Shown here piece after piece: positions 59,894 through 64,000 of a stretch of 64,000 nucleotides of DNA. Source of the DNA: Squalus acanthias (Eukaryota); NCBI GenBank assembly GCA_030390025.1, contig JASTWF010000335.1:62001-126000 (forward strand). Direction: 5' to 3'. Position 1 is the stretch's first letter; the number at the start of each line of letters is the position of its first letter. A program made the translations under genes and the position numbers. Below the pieces are notes generated by a model. It made no database searches and was not told the DNA's origin. It saw only the letters and a program-made list of their open reading frames with translations.

Positions 59894-62438
59894 AGTTGTA
59901 TAGGGCCTTGGTGAGACCACACCTTGAGTACTGTGTGCAGTTTTGGTCGCCTTATCTGAGGAAGGATGTTCTTGCCATGGAAGGAGTTCAGCAAAGATTC
60001 ACAAGGCTGATACCTGGGATGGCAGGAATGACGTATGAAGAGAGATTGGGTCGATTGGGCTTAAACTCGCTGGAGTTAAGAAGAATGAGAGCGGATCTCA
60101 TTGAAACTTATAAAATTCTGACAGGACAGGACAAACTAGATGCAGGAAGGATGTTCCCGATGGTTGGGGAGTCCAGAACCAGGGGTCACAGTCTAAGGAT
60201 AAGGGGTAAGCCATTTAGGACAGAAATTAGGAGGAATTTCTTCACCCAGAGAGTGGTGAACCTGTGGAATTCTCTGCCACAGAAGGCAGTAGAGGCCAAT
60301 TCATTAAATAGATTCAAGAAGGAGTTGGATATATTTCTTAAGGCTAAAGGGATCAAGGGATATGGGGAGAAAGCAGGTACAGGGCACTGAGTTTGGATGA
60401 TCAGCCATGATCGCATTGAATGGCGGAGCAGGCTCGAGGAGCCGAATGGCCTACTCCTGCTCCTATCTTCTATGATGCTATGATTCTATGATTGGGAGCA
60501 GTTTAGGATTCAGCAAAGGAGGACAAAGGGATTAATTAAGAGGGGGAAAATAGAGTATGAGAGTAAGCTTTCAGGGAACATAAACTGACTGTAAAAGCTT
60601 CTATAGATATGTGAAGAGAAAAAGATTGGTGAAGTCAAGCGTCGGTCCCTTGCAGTCAGAATCAGGGGAATTTATAATGGGGAACAAAGAAATGGCAGAC
60701 CAATTAAATACATACTTTGGTTCTATCTTCACAATGGAGGACACAAATAACCTCCCAGAGATGTCGGGGAACATAGGGTCTAATGAGAGGGAGGAACTGA
60801 ATGAAATCAGTATTTGTAGGGAAATGGTGTTAGGGAAATTGACGGGATTGAAGGCCGATAAATCCCCAGGGCCTAATAATCTACATCCTAGGGTACTTAA
60901 GGAAGTGGTCCTAGAAATAGTAGATGCATTTCTGGTCATCTTTCAAAATTCTCTCGACTCTGGAACAGTTCCCATGGATTGGAGGGTAGCTAATGTAACC
61001 CCACTATTTAAAAAAGGTGGGAGAGAGAAAACGGGGAATTATAGACTGGTAAGCCTGACATTGGTAGTGGGGAAAATGCTGGAGTCCATTACAAAAGATG
61101 TAATAGCAGAGCACTTGGAAAACAGTGACAGGATCGGACAAAGTCAACATGGATTTACAAAAGGTAAATCATGCTTGACTAATCTACTGGAATTTTTTGA
61201 GGATGTAACTGGGAGAATAGATAAGGGAGCAACAGTGGATGTGGTGTATTTGGACTTTCAGAAGGCTTTCGATAAGGTCCCGCAAAAGAGATTAGTGTGC
61301 AAAGTTAAAGCACATGGGATTGGGGGTAAGGTACTGACTTGGATAGAGAACTGGTTGGCAGACAGGAAGCAAAGAGTTGGAATAAATGGATCTTTTTCCA
61401 AGTGGCAGGCAGTGACTAGTGGGGTACCGCAGGGATCGGTGCTAGGACCCCAGTTATTCACAATATATATTAATGATCTAGACGAGGGAACTAGATGTAA
61501 TATCTCCAAGTTTGCAGACGACACAAAGCTGGGTGGGCGTGTGTGCTGTGAGGAAGATGCAGAGAAACTCCAGTATGATTTGGACAGGTTGGGTGATTGG
61601 GCAGATGCATGGCAGATGCAGTATAATGTGGATAAATGCAAGGTTATCCACTTTGGTGGCAAAAACAGGAAGGCAGATTATTATCTGAACGGCAGTAGAT
61701 TGAGAAAAGTGGAAGTGCAACGAGACCTGGGTGTCCTTGTGCACCAGTCGCTGAAGGTAAGCATGCAGGTGCAGCAGGCGGTTAAGAAGGCAAATGGTAT
61801 GTTGGCCTTCATAGCGAGAGGATTCGTGTACAGGAGCAAGGATGTCTTGCTGCAGTTGTACAGGGCCTTGGTGAGACCACACCTTGAGTATTGTGTGCAG
61901 TTTTGGTCACCTTATTTGAGGAAGGATGTTCTTGCCATGGAGGGATTGCAGCGAAGATTTACCAGACTGATACCTGGGATGGCAGGAATGACGTATGAAG
62001 AGAGATTGGGTCAATTAGGCTTATATTGGCTAGAGTTCAGAAGAATGAGAGGGGATCACATTGAAATTTATAAAATTCTAACAGGACTAGACAGACTAGA
62101 TGCAGGAAGGATGTTCCCGATGGCGGGGTGTCCAGAACCAGAGGTCACAGTCTAAGGATAAGGGGTAAGCCATTTAGGACTGAGATAAGGAGGAATTTCT
62201 TCACCCAAAGAGTGGTGAACCTATGGAATTCCTACCACAGAAGGTAGTTGAGGCCAATTCATTAAATAGATTCAAGAAGGAGTTGGATATATTTCTTAAA
62301 GCTAAAGGAATCAAGGGATATGCGGAGAAGGCGGGACAGGGTACTGAATTTGGATGATCAGCCATGATCGCGTTAAATGGCGGAACAGGCTCGAAGGGCC
62401 GAATGGCCTACTCCTGCTCCTATCTTCTATGTTTCTAT
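59894..62438 (+). mobile_element. Two tandem CR1 copies (59894-60492 3' end; 60493-62438 with RT ORF 60611-62155)
   Basis: RT motifs and two CR1 3' UTR/tails. Confidence 0.93.
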
Positions 62439-64000
62439 TAGATCAGTATCTCTCTATGGTGTGTCTCTCTCTAGATTAGATCAGTATCTCTCTATGGTGT
62501 GTCTCTCTCTAGATTAGATCAGTATCTCTAAGGTGTGTCTCTCTCTAGATTAGATCAGTATCTCTCTATGGTGTGTCTCTCTCTAGATTAGATCAGTATC
62601 TCTACGGTGTGTCTCTCTCCAGATTAGATCAGTGTCACTCTATGGTGTTTCACTCTCTAGATTAGATCAGTATCTCTCTATGGTGTGTCACTCTCCAGAT
62701 GAGATCAGTATCTCTCTATGGTGTTTCACTCTCTAGATTAGATCAGTATCTCTATGGTGTGTCTCTCTCTAGATTAGATCAGTATCTCTCTATGGTGTGT
62801 CACTCTCTAGATTAGATCAGAATCTCTCTATGGTGTGTCACTCTCTAGATTAGATCAGTATCTCTCTATGGTGTGTCACTCTCTAGATTAGATCAGTATC
62901 TCTCTATGGTGTTTCACTCTCTAGATTAGATCAGTATCTCTCTATGGTGTGTCACTCTCTAGATTAGATCAGTATCTCTCTATGGTGTTTCACTCTCTAG
63001 ATTAGATCAGTATCTCTCTATGGTGTGTCACTCTCTAGATTAGATCAGTATCTCTATGATGTGTCACTCTCTAGATTAGATAGTTTCTCTCTATGGTGTG
63101 TCACTCTCTAGATTAGATCAGTATCTCTCTATGGTGTGTCACTCTCTAGATTAGATCAGTATCTCTCTATGGTGTGTCTCTCTCTAGATTAGATCAGTAT
63201 CTCTCTATGGTGTGTCACTCTCTAGATTAGATCAGTATCTCTCTATGGTGTGTCTCTCTCCAGATTAGATCAGAATCTCTCTATGATGTGTCACTCTCTA
63301 GATTAGATCAGTATCTCTCTATGGTGTGTCTCTCTCTAGATTAGATCAGTATCTCTCTATGGTGTGTCACTCTCTAGATTAGATCAGTATCTCTCTATGG
63401 TGTTTCTCTCTCTAGATTAGATCAGTATCTCTCTATGGTGTGTCACTCTCTAGATTAGATCAGTATCTCTCTATGGTGTTTCACTCTCTAGATTAGATCA
63501 GTAACTCTCTATGGTGTGTCTCTCTCTAGATTAGATCAGTATCTCTCTATGGTGTTTCACTCTCTAGATTAGATCAGTATCTCTCTATGGTGTTTCACTC
63601 TCTAGATTAGATCAGTATCTCTCTATGGTGTGTCACTCTCTAGATTAGATCAGTATCTCTATGGTGTGTCTCTCTCTAGATTAGATCAGTATCTCTCTAT
63701 GGTGTGTCACTCTCTAGATTAGATCAGTATCTCTCTATGGTGTGTCACTCTCTAGATTAGATCAGTATCTCTCTATGATGTTTCACTCTCTAGATTAGAT
63801 CAGCGTCTCTCTATGGTGTGTCACTCTCTAGATCAGATCAGTATCTCTCTATGGTGTGTCACTCTCTAGATTAGATCAGTATCTCTCTATGGTGTGTCAC
63901 TCTCTAGATTAGATCAGTATCTCTCTATGGTGTGTCACTCTCTAGATTAGATCAGTATCTCTCTATGGTGTGTCACTCTCTAGATTAGATCAGTGTCTCT
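62436..64000. repeat. 38 bp minisatellite (TTAGATCAGTATCTCTCTATGGTGTGTCACTCTCTAGA)n
   Basis: Tandem units continue to the end of the window. Confidence 0.97.

Noticed and set aside
62436..64000. Regular 33-44 bp repeats resembling CRISPR arrays (also 1-1680, 12060-13140, 49050-50175)
   Set aside because: Head-to-tail units with no unique spacers, no cas genes, and a vertebrate context.

Overview
Eukaryotic, repeat-dense vertebrate DNA, most likely a cartilaginous fish (shark-type CR1 LINEs, HE1/V-SINE-like and DeuSINE-like SINEs, Penelope-like elements). There are no prokaryotic features. The only host genes I can support are small GT-AG exons of an MS4A/CD20-like tetraspan family. Gene A contributes its last three coding exons on + (2911-11147). 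Gene B is an inverted near-identical duplicate of the last two exons on - (48904-50722), cut off by an assembly gap at 53497-53696. Gene C contributes its first two coding exons on + (55337-56954). The highlight is a structurally complete but internally deleted endogenous foamy-like (spuma-like) provirus on the minus strand at 18105-25070. It has paired TG..CA LTRs, a 4-bp AGGG target duplication, a tRNA-Lys1,2-type PBS and a PPT. It also retains RNase H, a full integrase with foamy-specific motifs, and env remnants including a furin site and fusion-peptide region. An internal segment of it is duplicated around a MITE. The window also holds a truncated Gypsy element whose two LTRs share a MITE, one near full-length CR1, many CR1 fragments, and Penelope-like ends with minimal hammerhead ribozyme motifs. 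Three minisatellite families grew out of TE sequence, and a very long GA polypurine tract contains a 1650-bp tandem duplication. Family assignments come from motif recognition by eye, not database searches.
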